Assembly: GCA_959020415.1 (NCBI GenBank)
Contig: CAUERX010000005.1
Location: forward strand, 1 to 56,260
Reading direction: 5' to 3'
DNA: 56,260 nt
Origin: an uncultured bacterium
GTDB lineage: Bacteria > Bacillota_I > Bacilli_A > RF39 > UBA660
The notes under the pieces are model-generated. The model was not told the DNA's origin. It saw only the letters and a program-made list of their open reading frames with translations, and made no database searches. Each line of letters begins with the position of its first letter. Position 1 is the first letter of the stretch. Positions 26,520-35,260 of the stretch are shown in pieces. Made by a program: the position numbers and the translations under genes.

Positions 26520-27035
26520 ATGAAAAACTCAAAGAAACTTTTAAATATATTGTTGATAGTCAATTTTATTCTTTATCTAACATTTTTGACTTGGACTGTT
26601 TTGTTTAAATATGTATCGCTATTAGAAATATTTAGTCCAGAAAGATTATATGAAAGAGCTTTTCATATGATTCATTATAGCGATTTTTTAAACAATAATT
26701 TTAATAGTATCATGGGTAGTGTTATTTTGTATATACCGTTAGGGATTTTTTGCTGTATATATAGTAAGGATGCGAAAATTTGGCCAAAGGTTATAGCGAT
26801 ATTTTTATTAAGTTTGGCCTTTGAAATATTTAAATTTATTTTTGCTATTGGACCATCAGATGTTTTTGAAATTATTTGTAATGTTTTGGGAGGACTTTTG
26901 GGAATTGGAATCTATGTTTTGTTAGGTACGATGTTTAAAAATGAAGAAAAAGTAAAGAGTACAATGGCAATTTTAATGACGGTGGTAATGATATTTGTGC
27001 CAATAAGCATGTTTTTAATAAGTCTTGCGGGGTAA
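26520..27035 (+). CDS. VanZ-like family membrane protein
   Basis: Four or five TM helices. The SDVFEIICNVLGGLLG motif matches D...N..GG..G of VanZ-like proteins. Confidence 0.55.
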   Translation: MKNSKKLLNILLIVNFILYLTFLTWTVLFKYVSLLEIFSPERLYERAFHMIHYSDFLNNNFNSIMGSVILYIPLGIFCCIYSKDAKIWPKVIAIFLLSLAFEIFKFIFAIGPSDVFEIICNVLGGLLGIGIYVLLGTMFKNEEKVKSTMAILMTVVMIFVPISMFLISLAG

Positions 27036-27096
27036 TAATTAATAAAATTGTTTATAAAAATCATATTTATGTGATTGAGGCTGTAACTTAGAATAA

Positions 27097-27270
27097 TACA
27101 GATTGTCTTTGGTCATTTTTCCGCATGTCGATTATTCAGATAGCATTTTCGATGTGGATGCGGATGGTTATGCGGACCGTGGCTGCTTGGTATTACCAGT
27201 TTTCTATCTGAAATCTGACATCACATTTTCAGGAGAAGGGACAACGTTTAATCCATATATTATAAGATAA
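27097..27270 (+). pseudogene. 3' remnant of a paralog of the 6664..8022 gene
   Basis: A 57-codon open frame with no start codon. ...DADGYADRGCLVLPVFYLKSDITFSGEGTTFNPYIIR* aligns with ...VDGAKGDRAVWPSLYLKSDIQLSGKGTEANPYSIK*. By eye the DNA is largely identical over the last 66 nt. Confidence 0.6.
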
Positions 27271-27279
27271 TGAAAATAC

Positions 27280-27585
27280 CTAATTAGGTATTTTTTCGTT
27301 AACTTTTAAGCTGATTATAGTATTGGCCGGAAATTCATAGGTATAATATACATGCTTTTTGGGTAAAATAATATGGTTAGGTTTTAGATTATGATATATA
27401 TGAGTGACTTTATTTTCTCTATCGGTTAAAACAACATCAATTGCTTCTTTCATAAAAAATGTATGAATACCATTACATCTTAATTTTAAGCCATAATCAA
27501 TGTTTTTTTTAAACATGAGTCCTTTAAATTTATCAAAATGATTATTATATTCTTTGATTTTAATGTCTTTACCTTCTATTAACAT
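27280..27585 (-). CDS. DUF192 (UPF0127) family protein
   Basis: The pattern KGLMFKK....G..L.C.GIHTFFMK..IDVV..D..NKV matches DUF192. Confidence 0.6.
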   Translation of the reverse strand: MLIEGKDIKIKEYNNHFDKFKGLMFKKNIDYGLKLRCNGIHTFFMKEAIDVVLTDRENKVTHIYHNLKPNHIILPKKHVYYTYEFPANTIISLKVNEKIPN

Positions 27586-27726
27586 TATATCACCAATAAC
27601 AATATATCATATTTTGTCAGAGTTTGGCTACTTTTTGTAAAAGTTTACTTATAGCGCTTGATTTTTTGCATAAAAGTCTATATACTTATTATAAGGATTA
27701 CGTTAGTTTGGCGTAGGAGGAAACAT

Positions 27727-27921
27727 ATGAAGAAATTAGGGGATAAAGGGCAAGCATTAGTTGAATATCTACTAATTATTGCAGTTATAAGTGTTATTGT
27801 GGTGAGTATTGTTAAACTCTTAGGTGGATATTTACAAGATTCTATGACAAAATCATCGTGTAAATTAATCGATAAAGAGTTTGTTGAAGGTTCTAAACCT
27901 GGAGAGGGTTCTTGTCAGTAG
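27727..27921 (+). CDS. Flp/Fap-family (type IVb/Tad) pilin
   Basis: ATG behind GGAGG. MKKLGDKG/QALVEYLLIIAVISVIVV fits the Flp G-xxxxEY processing motif followed by a hydrophobic helix. Two Cys lie in the C-terminal tail. Confidence 0.6.
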   Translation: MKKLGDKGQALVEYLLIIAVISVIVVSIVKLLGGYLQDSMTKSSCKLIDKEFVEGSKPGEGSCQ

Positions 27922-27945
27922 AAGATAAGTTGTTATCTTCTTTTT
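27920..27945 (+). terminator. Rho-independent terminator directly after the Flp pilin gene
   Basis: AGAAGATAA-gttg-TTATCTTCT plus T-run. It overlaps the stop codon. Confidence 0.75.
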
Positions 27946-27963
27946 ATATAAAGGAGGCTTTTT

Positions 27964-28353
27964 ATGCGTTTGCTTAAAAGAGGTTATAGTATTGTTTGGC
28001 TGGTGTTGAGTTTATTAACCTGCAATATTTCCGTTTTGTTTTTAGGTTCACTACTAAAGGTATATGATGAGGGTGCTTGGTATACTAAATGGTATTATTG
28101 GGTGTTAGGATTTTTCTTTGGAATATTGCCAGCATTAGTAATGCTTTTCATTTTTGTAATAGAAACGACTGTAAAAGTATGTAAAAAATTGAATGTGCCA
28201 GGGACTGAGGTGTATGGCATTCCATATGTTTGGATTGGATGCACGATTATACCAATAGTGGGTTGGACTTTATTTGTAGTTTTACTAATTTATATTTATT
28301 TATGGTATTTAGTTAGTTTATTTCAAGGTAAGGGAGAAAAGTATATTAAATAG
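27964..28353 (+). CDS. polytopic membrane protein, unknown function
   Basis: 129 aa with four hydrophobic helices. AAGGAGG RBS. Confidence 0.5.
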   Translation: MRLLKRGYSIVWLVLSLLTCNISVLFLGSLLKVYDEGAWYTKWYYWVLGFFFGILPALVMLFIFVIETTVKVCKKLNVPGTEVYGIPYVWIGCTIIPIVGWTLFVVLLIYIYLWYLVSLFQGKGEKYIK

Positions 28354-28399
28354 TTACTATTTCTCTTTTTTTATGCTATAATTTATAAAGGTGATAGAA

Positions 28400-28807
28400 A
28401 TGCAGGTAAATAGAAGCGAACTACGTAGATTGTGTATGACAATTTTATATCAAATTGAAATATATCAAAAGAATAATATTGAATATAATGTTGATGATGT
28501 AATTAATGAAGTTTCCCCAATCGATAATGAATTTGTAAAAGAAATCGTTTATGGTGTAATTACATATAAGGAAGAAATTGACAAAATGGCAAACAAGTAT
28601 TTGGATGGATGGGCAATCGAGCGTTTAGGTAATACAGATGGGGCAATTTTAAGGATTGGGATCTTTGAACTTTTATATACAAAAACACCAGAAATTGTTT
28701 CAATCAATGAAGCAATTGAACTTGCGAAAAGTTATAGTGATGATAATGTTCGAAAGATGATTAATGGAGTACTCGATAAAATATATCATGAAAAAGTAGG
28801 TGAGTAG
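28400..28807 (+). CDS. nusB: transcription antitermination factor NusB
   Basis: R..R....Q.LYQ N-terminus, ...ERL...D..ILR...EL..., INE.IELAK. Confidence 0.88.
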   Translation: MQVNRSELRRLCMTILYQIEIYQKNNIEYNVDDVINEVSPIDNEFVKEIVYGVITYKEEIDKMANKYLDGWAIERLGNTDGAILRIGIFELLYTKTPEIVSINEAIELAKSYSDDNVRKMINGVLDKIYHEKVGE

Positions 28808-30079
28808 ATGGATGAGAAGTATTTAACAGTAAGTGCGATTACTCGTTATTTGAAAGCAAAATTTGATTTAGATGAAAATTTAAAATCAGTTTTTTTAAAA
28901 GGTGAAATTTCTAATTTTAAGGCTCACAACTCAGGTCATTTATATTTTTCGGTGAAAGATGAGACTAGTAAAATAAACGCAATTATGTTTAGTCGCAGTG
29001 CTGCTAAATTGGATTTTAAGCCGGTGGATGGGACTAAAGTTTTAATTGTGGGGCGTATTAGTATTTATGAAGCAACAGGCAATTATCAAATTTACGTTGA
29101 CCAAATGATGGAAGATGGTGTTGGCAATTTATATGTGGCTTTTGAGAAGCTGAAAAAAACACTACAAGCTGAAGGCTTATTTGATAAAGAACATAAAAAA
29201 GAAATTCCAAAAATTCCGCGTCGTGTAGGAATTGTTACAGCAAGTACGGGAGCAGCAGTTCGTGATATCGTAACAACAATAAAAAGAAGATTTCCAATTT
29301 GTGAAACAATTTTATTTCCAACATTTGTACAAGGCGATAATGCCAAAGACGATATTGTCCGAAATATTAAACGAGCTGAGGATTACGATATAGATGTTTT
29401 AATTGTTGGTCGTGGTGGCGGATCAATCGAAGACTTATGGCCTTTTAATGAAGAGGTTGTTGCGAGAGCTATTTATAATTCACCAATACCTATAATTAGT
29501 GCGGTCGGTCATGAAGTTGATTTTACAATAAGTGATTTTGTTTCAGATTTAAGGGCACCTACGCCAACGGCGGCGGCAGAACTGGCTGTGCCTAATATGG
29601 TTGATTTAAAAAGAAACATAGAACAACTTAGTATTCGTTTAAAAGAAGCGGTGTATAAGAAAATTAATTATCAAAAATTATATCTAGACTCAATTAAAAG
29701 CTCTTTTGTAATTAAAAATCCGATGATTATGTTTGATAATCGTCGACAAAAAATCGATTTAATGAATAGTCGTTTGAACGATCTTATTTTAAGAAGGGTT
29801 GAGTTTCAAAGAGATAAATTAGACAATTTGAAGAGGAGCTATATTTTTAGTAATCCAAGACTTTTATACAAAGATGAAAAAGTTACGCTTAATAATTTAA
29901 TTGATAAATTGGAATTATTAAATCCACTTAAGGTATTAGGGCGCGGCTATAGTATCACATATAGTGGTGAGAAGGTTATTAAAGATGTTAATGATGTTAA
30001 AGATACTGTTAATATTAAACTATATAATGGTGAAATAAAAGCTAAAGTTTTAGAAACTAAGGAGGTAAATCATGGCTAA
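28808..30079 (+). CDS. xseA: exodeoxyribonuclease VII large subunit
   Basis: OB-fold N-terminus (VKGEISNFK.H.SGHLYFS.KD) and GRGGGS.EDLW.FN. Confidence 0.93.
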   Translation: MDEKYLTVSAITRYLKAKFDLDENLKSVFLKGEISNFKAHNSGHLYFSVKDETSKINAIMFSRSAAKLDFKPVDGTKVLIVGRISIYEATGNYQIYVDQMMEDGVGNLYVAFEKLKKTLQAEGLFDKEHKKEIPKIPRRVGIVTASTGAAVRDIVTTIKRRFPICETILFPTFVQGDNAKDDIVRNIKRAEDYDIDVLIVGRGGGSIEDLWPFNEEVVARAIYNSPIPIISAVGHEVDFTISDFVSDLRAPTPTAAAELAVPNMVDLKRNIEQLSIRLKEAVYKKINYQKLYLDSIKSSFVIKNPMIMFDNRRQKIDLMNSRLNDLILRRVEFQRDKLDNLKRSYIFSNPRLLYKDEKVTLNNLIDKLELLNPLKVLGRGYSITYSGEKVIKDVNDVKDTVNIKLYNGEIKAKVLETKEVNHG

Positions 30080-30293
30080 AAAATTTGAAGATAAAGTAAA
30101 AGAATTAGAAGAAATTATCAATGTTTTAGAAAATGGTGACTCTAGTTTAGATGAATCTATTAATAAATATACTGAAGCAATGAAATTAGTTAAAGAATGT
30201 GATGAAGAGTTAAAACAGATTGAAGAAAAGGTAAATAAAATCGTAGCTGAGGATGGTAGCTTAGAAGATTTTGAACCTGACACTACTGAGTAG
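30072..30293 (+). CDS. xseB: exodeoxyribonuclease VII small subunit
   Basis: FE..V.ELEEII..LE.GD..LDES...Y.E...L. Overlaps xseA. Confidence 0.88.
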   Translation: MAKKFEDKVKELEEIINVLENGDSSLDESINKYTEAMKLVKECDEELKQIEEKVNKIVAEDGSLEDFEPDTTE

Positions 30294-30348
30294 TGTTTTT
30301 TCTTGACTATTATTTGGACCTTGGTTATAATTAGAATAGGTGAAGAAT

Positions 30349-30708
30349 ATGAAACACAAAGGTTTTACATTAATTGAATTATTAGGGGTAATTGTTTTGC
30401 TTGGAGTTTTAGCGTTAATTGCTGTACCAGCAATTGATAAATCATTAAATTCTAGTAAAGATAATCTTGAAAACACGCAAGAAACACAAATAATTAAGGG
30501 CGCGAAGGATTATTATGCTGAGCATTTAAGTGAATTGCCTCAAGCTGAAGGGGCTTCGGCTTCAAAAACGATAACTGTGAAGAAATTACAGGAACAAGGA
30601 TATTTACCTTTAAATATTACAAATCCAAAGACTGGCGAACTTTATCCTGATACTACTTTGGTTAGGGTAACTAAGAATAAAGAAAATTTTAAATATAAAG
30701 TAGAATAG
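30349..30708 (+). CDS. type IV pilin/pseudopilin (prepilin N-terminal methylation domain)
   Basis: MKHKG/FTLIELLGVIVLLGVLALIAVPA. Confidence 0.82.
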   Translation: MKHKGFTLIELLGVIVLLGVLALIAVPAIDKSLNSSKDNLENTQETQIIKGAKDYYAEHLSELPQAEGASASKTITVKKLQEQGYLPLNITNPKTGELYPDTTLVRVTKNKENFKYKVE

Positions 30709-30716
30709 GTGAGAAA

Positions 30717-31121
30717 ATGAAAAAAGGATTTACTTTAATCGAACTTTTAACGGTTATTGCGATATTGGGAATTATAACTGCAATAACGGCACCTACCATT
30801 ATTAATGTTATTAAATCTTCAAAGGAGCAAGCTTTTATTGATTCTGCCGCAGGGGTAACTGAGGCAGCAAGAACTTATCAAGTTAGCAATAATAATGGAC
30901 ATGATTTAACTATTACATTTTCAAATGGAACGGCTAATCCGGCAATTCAAACTAAAGGTGATTTGCCCGATAGTGGTTCAATTCATATTGACAAGAATGG
31001 AAAAGTAGAATATGCGTTTTGGAATTCGGAATTAAAGAAATGTTTAGTTAAAACTCAAGATGCAAAAAAAGGAAGTATTAGTACAAGCATTACTAGCAGT
31101 TCTAATTGTAAAATTAAATAA
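30717..31121 (+). CDS. type IV pilin/pseudopilin
   Basis: MKKG/FTLIELLTVIAILGIITAITAP. A C-terminal Cys pair (KKC...SNC) suggests a disulfide loop. Confidence 0.82.
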   Translation: MKKGFTLIELLTVIAILGIITAITAPTIINVIKSSKEQAFIDSAAGVTEAARTYQVSNNNGHDLTITFSNGTANPAIQTKGDLPDSGSIHIDKNGKVEYAFWNSELKKCLVKTQDAKKGSISTSITSSSNCKIK

Positions 31122-31153
31122 TTATTTAATATTAAAAATAGAAAGGTGATATT

Positions 31154-32005
31154 ATGGAACCAAAAATATCTAATGCTAAAATTATTGGAATAATTGCCTT
31201 TTTATTGATACTCGTAATAATAGTGTTTTTAATATTTAATATTTTTTCGGTTAAAGAAGAGAAAGAAGAAAAACATAAACAAGAAGTAGTGTATGAAAAA
31301 GAGAATATTCAAATGTCATATGATGGCAGTTATTTAGAATATATTCAACAAGGTGAACCATATGTTGAAAAAGGTATTACAGCCTCTACTAAGGATGGCA
31401 GTGATCTTTCAGATGAAGTGATTATTTCTTATTTTAAAAATGGAGTCCAGGTTCCAGATTTAGAAACAGACGAATTAGCTTCTTACTTAATTAAATATAC
31501 AGTTAAGGAAGAAAAAACTGCAAAGACCACATCGATAAATAGGAGTGTAATTGTTATTGATAATAAAGCACCAACAATTACGATACCAGAAAAAACTGAA
31601 ATTACGAGTGCAGAGGCGGCTTCTTTTGATTTAAAAGAGGGAGTGATTGCTGCTGATAATTCGGGAACGGTAGATCTTACTTATGACAATACGCTATCTA
31701 CTTTAGCTGGTGAATATATTATTACATATAAAGCGGTTGATGCATCAGGAAATGAAACAATTCGTAAACGTTTAATTAAGGTAAGTTCTGGAATTGAGTT
31801 TAGCTATGATGGTGGCTTTGTAACAATAAATTATCCATCTGGAAAATATACATATCAGTATAGTTTAGATGGTGGCACAACATGGGAAAATGCTTCTAAA
31901 AAACAAACTTTAGAACTTAATGATTCTGTGGTTATAGCAAGTGTATATGAAGATAATAATTATGTAATGGCTAATAGCTTCAGTACAAAAAAAGAGGACT
32001 TTTAA
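31154..32005 (+). CDS. membrane-anchored protein with Ig-like (DUF5011/HYR-like) domain
   Basis: N-terminal TM helix. DNKAPTITIP.......D...GV.A.D..G.V.....N.......GEY.ITY.AVDASGNE is an Ig-like surface module. Confidence 0.55.
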   Translation: MEPKISNAKIIGIIAFLLILVIIVFLIFNIFSVKEEKEEKHKQEVVYEKENIQMSYDGSYLEYIQQGEPYVEKGITASTKDGSDLSDEVIISYFKNGVQVPDLETDELASYLIKYTVKEEKTAKTTSINRSVIVIDNKAPTITIPEKTEITSAEAASFDLKEGVIAADNSGTVDLTYDNTLSTLAGEYIITYKAVDASGNETIRKRLIKVSSGIEFSYDGGFVTINYPSGKYTYQYSLDGGTTWENASKKQTLELNDSVVIASVYEDNNYVMANSFSTKKEDF

Positions 32006-32012
32006 ATCCTCT

Positions 32013-32630
32013 TTATATTTTGCGGTAAAGACCAATAGCTTTGCCTAAAATTATAACATTATTTAGAATAATAGGATCCATTGTATCGTTTTCAGGTTGT
32101 AATCTAATATGATCGCTTTCTTTGTAAAACGTTTTTAAAGTTACTTCATTTTCATCGGTCATAGCGACAATTATTTCACCGTTACGTGCGGTGTTTTTAC
32201 GCTCGACGATAACAATGTCTCCATCTAAGATTCCGGCATTTATCATACTAGTTCCACTTACTTTTAATGTAAATACTTCTTTTCCTTTTGGAAGTAGGTA
32301 TGATGGTAAGCTAAAATATTCATCTGGCATTTCAATAGCTTCAATTGGAGATCCGGCGGTAATTCTGCCTAGCAATGGTACTTTAGTTACTTCTTCGTTT
32401 TTTGGAACGAATTCATTTTCAACTAATAATTCAATTGCACGGTTCTTAGAATTTTGTTTGCGAATAATGCCTTTCTTTTCTAAATTTTTAAGATGGGCAT
32501 GGATAGTAGCTGGCGATGAAATACCTAGTGCTTTACCAATTTCCCTTACTGATGGGCAGTAACCATGTGAAACAATATATGATTTAACGTAGTCTAATAC
32601 ATCTTTTTGACGTGCAGTTAATTTTTCCAT
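32013..32630 (-). CDS. lexA: LexA repressor
   Basis: Winged-HTH N-terminus (LTARQKDVLDY...GY.PSVREIG) and S24 peptidase C-terminus (V.GTSM...I.DGD...V; LK). Confidence 0.96.
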   Translation of the reverse strand: MEKLTARQKDVLDYVKSYIVSHGYCPSVREIGKALGISSPATIHAHLKNLEKKGIIRKQNSKNRAIELLVENEFVPKNEEVTKVPLLGRITAGSPIEAIEMPDEYFSLPSYLLPKGKEVFTLKVSGTSMINAGILDGDIVIVERKNTARNGEIIVAMTDENEVTLKTFYKESDHIRLQPENDTMDPIILNNVIILGKAIGLYRKI

Positions 32631-32661
32631 AATTCCTCCTTTATTCTCTATTTGTATATTA

Positions 32662-32701
32662 ATATTAACATAAATTTACAAAAAAGTCAAACGTTTGTTT
32701 G
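32662..32701 (-). promoter_or_regulatory. lexA promoter with degenerate LexA box
   Basis: Minus strand: TTGACT, 17 nt spacer, TAATAT. CAAACGTTTGTTTG (32688-32701) overlaps the -35 element and matches CGAAC-N4-GTTCG with two symmetric mismatches. Confidence 0.4.
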
Positions 32702-32710
32702 ATTTATGTA

Positions 32711-32739
32711 TTGACACGAATAAATGTTCGTGTTATGAT
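32711..32739 (+). promoter_or_regulatory. LexA-box (Cheo box) containing promoter, divergent from lexA
   Basis: TTGACA, 17 nt spacer, TATGAT. The spacer contains CGAATAAATGTTCG (32717-32730), which has one mismatch to the Firmicute consensus CGAAC-N4-GTTCG. Confidence 0.65.
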
Positions 32740-32764
32740 TAAGATACAAAAGGAGGCGAATAAT

Positions 32765-32902
32765 ATGGATATGTTAAAAAGCAAAGCAACTGTTGCTTTA
32801 ATCTTAATGGTTTTGGGGGTGGCTTATATAGGCGGCCTCGATAATAGTAGTTTAGAAGATAATACAAGAACTACTGAACATCCGATTTCAGTAAATGCAT
32901 AA
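32765..32902 (+). CDS. 45-aa single-TM protein under a LexA-box promoter; candidate SOS cell-division inhibitor (YneA/SosA analog)
   Basis: GGAGG RBS 9 nt upstream. MDMLKSKATVALILMVLGVAYIGG plus a polar tail. Divergent from lexA, as yneA and sosA are. Confidence 0.5.
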   Translation: MDMLKSKATVALILMVLGVAYIGGLDNSSLEDNTRTTEHPISVNA

Positions 32903-32962
32903 TTTATTATTTTCAAATATGGGATAATTTGCTATAATGATATTAGAATAAGAGGGATATAT

Positions 32963-34903
32963 ATGAATAAGGTTATAGCAAACTTAAAAACACTAGGAAT
33001 TGATATGATTAATAAAGCGGGCAGTGGTCATCCTGGAATTGTTCTTTCGGCAGCACCGATTATGTATACTTTGTATGCTAATCACATGAATGTTAATCCA
33101 AAAGAACCTTCTTGGATAAATCGTGACCGTTTTGTTTTGTCTGCAGGACATGGATCAGCTTTATTATATGCGTGCTTATATATGACGGGTTTTATTACAT
33201 TAAAGGATTTAAAAGAATTTAGACAAATTGGTTCAGTTACACCTGGGCACCCTGAATATCGTAAGACTCCAGGCGTTGATGTTACTACTGGCCCTTTAGG
33301 ACAGGGAATGGCATCAGCTGTGGGAATGGCTATTGGTGAAAAGAAATTACAGGAAAAGTTCAAGGATACAACATTAATCGATTATTATATTTATGTTTTA
33401 TGTGGTGATGGAGATTTAATGGAGGGCGTTAGTTATGAAGCTTGTTCTTTAGCCGGGACTTTGAAATTAGATAATTTAATTATTTTATATGATTCTAATT
33501 CAACGTCATTAGATGGTAATATTGATATGACTTTTACAGAGGATGTTCGTGAACGTTTTGATGCGATGGGCTTTTATACAACTTTAGTTAAGGATGGTAA
33601 TCGAACTAGCGATATTGATAAAGCGATTGCCAGAGCAAAGAAAAGTGGATTACCATCATTTATTGAGATAAAAACAGTTTTGGGTGAAGATTCTATTCTT
33701 GCGGGGACAAGTGAGGTTCATGGCAAACCATTATCAGACGAGGACATTAAACAATTAAAAGAAAAGTTAGGAATGCCAAACGAGGATTTCTATGTATCTA
33801 AAGAAGCTTTAAATATATTTAGGGAAAGTGTGATGAAGCGTTCTTCTGATAAATATCTTAAGTGGCAGGAAGAATATAACTGTTATATTAAACATAAATT
33901 TAATAATGATGAAAGTGAATTATTAAAGTTTTATAATAATGTTGTAAAAATTAGGATAAGTGAATGCCCTTTTATAAATGATGGAACAGAAGCAACTCGT
34001 GAAAGTAATGGCAAGATTCTTAATTATTTGTCTAGCCAAACTGATTTGCTTTTCGGGGGTAGTGCGGATTTGGCAGGGCCAACAAGAACTTATATTACCG
34101 AAGGGGCAGACTTTTTGGCTAAAAATTATGATGGAACTAACATTTGGTTTGGGGTTCGCGAACATGCAATGGGAGCTATTTTAAACGGAATAGCTTTATC
34201 AGGATATTTGCCCTTTGGTTCGACGTTTTTATCGTTTTCAGATTATTTAAAACCAGCAATTAGAATGAGTGCGATGATGAGATTGCCAGTAACTTATATA
34301 TTTACGCATGATTCAATAAATGTTGGCGCTGATGGGCCGACACACGAGCCAGTGGAACAGTTATCAATGCTTAGAGCAATTCCTAATTTTACAGTGTATC
34401 GTCCAGCTGACTTTAAAGAGGTTTTAGGAGCATGGAATGCGATTTTAACTTTGCAGCAGCCTTGTGCTTTAGTTTTATCAAGACAAAAAACTAAAACTTT
34501 GAAGAAATCTGACTTTAAAAAGGTTGTTCATGGAGCTTATGTTGTAAGAGAAGCTAAAAAGGAAATTGATGCGATTTTTATTGCTACAGGAACTGAGGTC
34601 AATACTTGTATTGAAATCGCAGAAGACTTAGCTAACGAGTATGATATTAGAGTGGTTAGTATGCCATCAATGGAACTGTTTTTAAAAATGCCAAAAAAAT
34701 ATCAATATTCAGTACTTCCAGTGGGGGTTAAAACATTTTTTGTCGAAGCAGCTAGCTCGATGGGGCTCCGCAGATTTGTTACTAATGATAAATATTTAAT
34801 TACTGTAGATAAATTTGGCAAGAGTGGTAATCCGGAGGATGTTTTGAATGAAATGAACTTTAGTAAGGAAAAAATTGAGGCTAGAATTAAGAAATTATTA
34901 TAA
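32963..34903 (+). CDS. tkt: transketolase
   Basis: GSGHPG, GDGDLMEG and HDSI..G.DGPTH motifs. Confidence 0.96.
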   Translation: MNKVIANLKTLGIDMINKAGSGHPGIVLSAAPIMYTLYANHMNVNPKEPSWINRDRFVLSAGHGSALLYACLYMTGFITLKDLKEFRQIGSVTPGHPEYRKTPGVDVTTGPLGQGMASAVGMAIGEKKLQEKFKDTTLIDYYIYVLCGDGDLMEGVSYEACSLAGTLKLDNLIILYDSNSTSLDGNIDMTFTEDVRERFDAMGFYTTLVKDGNRTSDIDKAIARAKKSGLPSFIEIKTVLGEDSILAGTSEVHGKPLSDEDIKQLKEKLGMPNEDFYVSKEALNIFRESVMKRSSDKYLKWQEEYNCYIKHKFNNDESELLKFYNNVVKIRISECPFINDGTEATRESNGKILNYLSSQTDLLFGGSADLAGPTRTYITEGADFLAKNYDGTNIWFGVREHAMGAILNGIALSGYLPFGSTFLSFSDYLKPAIRMSAMMRLPVTYIFTHDSINVGADGPTHEPVEQLSMLRAIPNFTVYRPADFKEVLGAWNAILTLQQPCALVLSRQKTKTLKKSDFKKVVHGAYVVREAKKEIDAIFIATGTEVNTCIEIAEDLANEYDIRVVSMPSMELFLKMPKKYQYSVLPVGVKTFFVEAASSMGLRRFVTNDKYLITVDKFGKSGNPEDVLNEMNFSKEKIEARIKKLL

Positions 34904-34960
34904 TTTTCTTGAAAAAGTCTGGTATTTTTAGTACAATACCTAATAGAAAGGAATGATACC

Positions 34961-35185
34961 ATGGATTGGGGAGCATTTTTAATAGATTTATTACAAATAG
35001 TTGGAGGCTTAATTGTTGGATTAATTATTGGTTTTTTAGTAGCTAAACATTTCACAAAAAAACAATTGAAGGAAAATCCTCCTATTAATGAGCAAATGAT
35101 TAAGGCGATGATGTCTGGAATGGGTAGGACACCTAGTCAAAAACAAGTAAATCAAATGATGAAACAAATGCAGAAATATATGTAG
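34961..35185 (+). CDS. yneF: UPF0154 family membrane protein YneF
   Basis: N-terminal TM helix followed by NPPINEQMIKAMMSGMGRTPSQKQVNQMM. Downstream of tkt, as in B. subtilis. Confidence 0.82.
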   Translation: MDWGAFLIDLLQIVGGLIVGLIIGFLVAKHFTKKQLKENPPINEQMIKAMMSGMGRTPSQKQVNQMMKQMQKYM

Positions 35186-35260
35186 TTATATATTTCTTTT
35201 TATTTGACATGATTATGTTTTTATGGTAGTATAACTTTCATTATTTAGGAGGGGAAGTTT

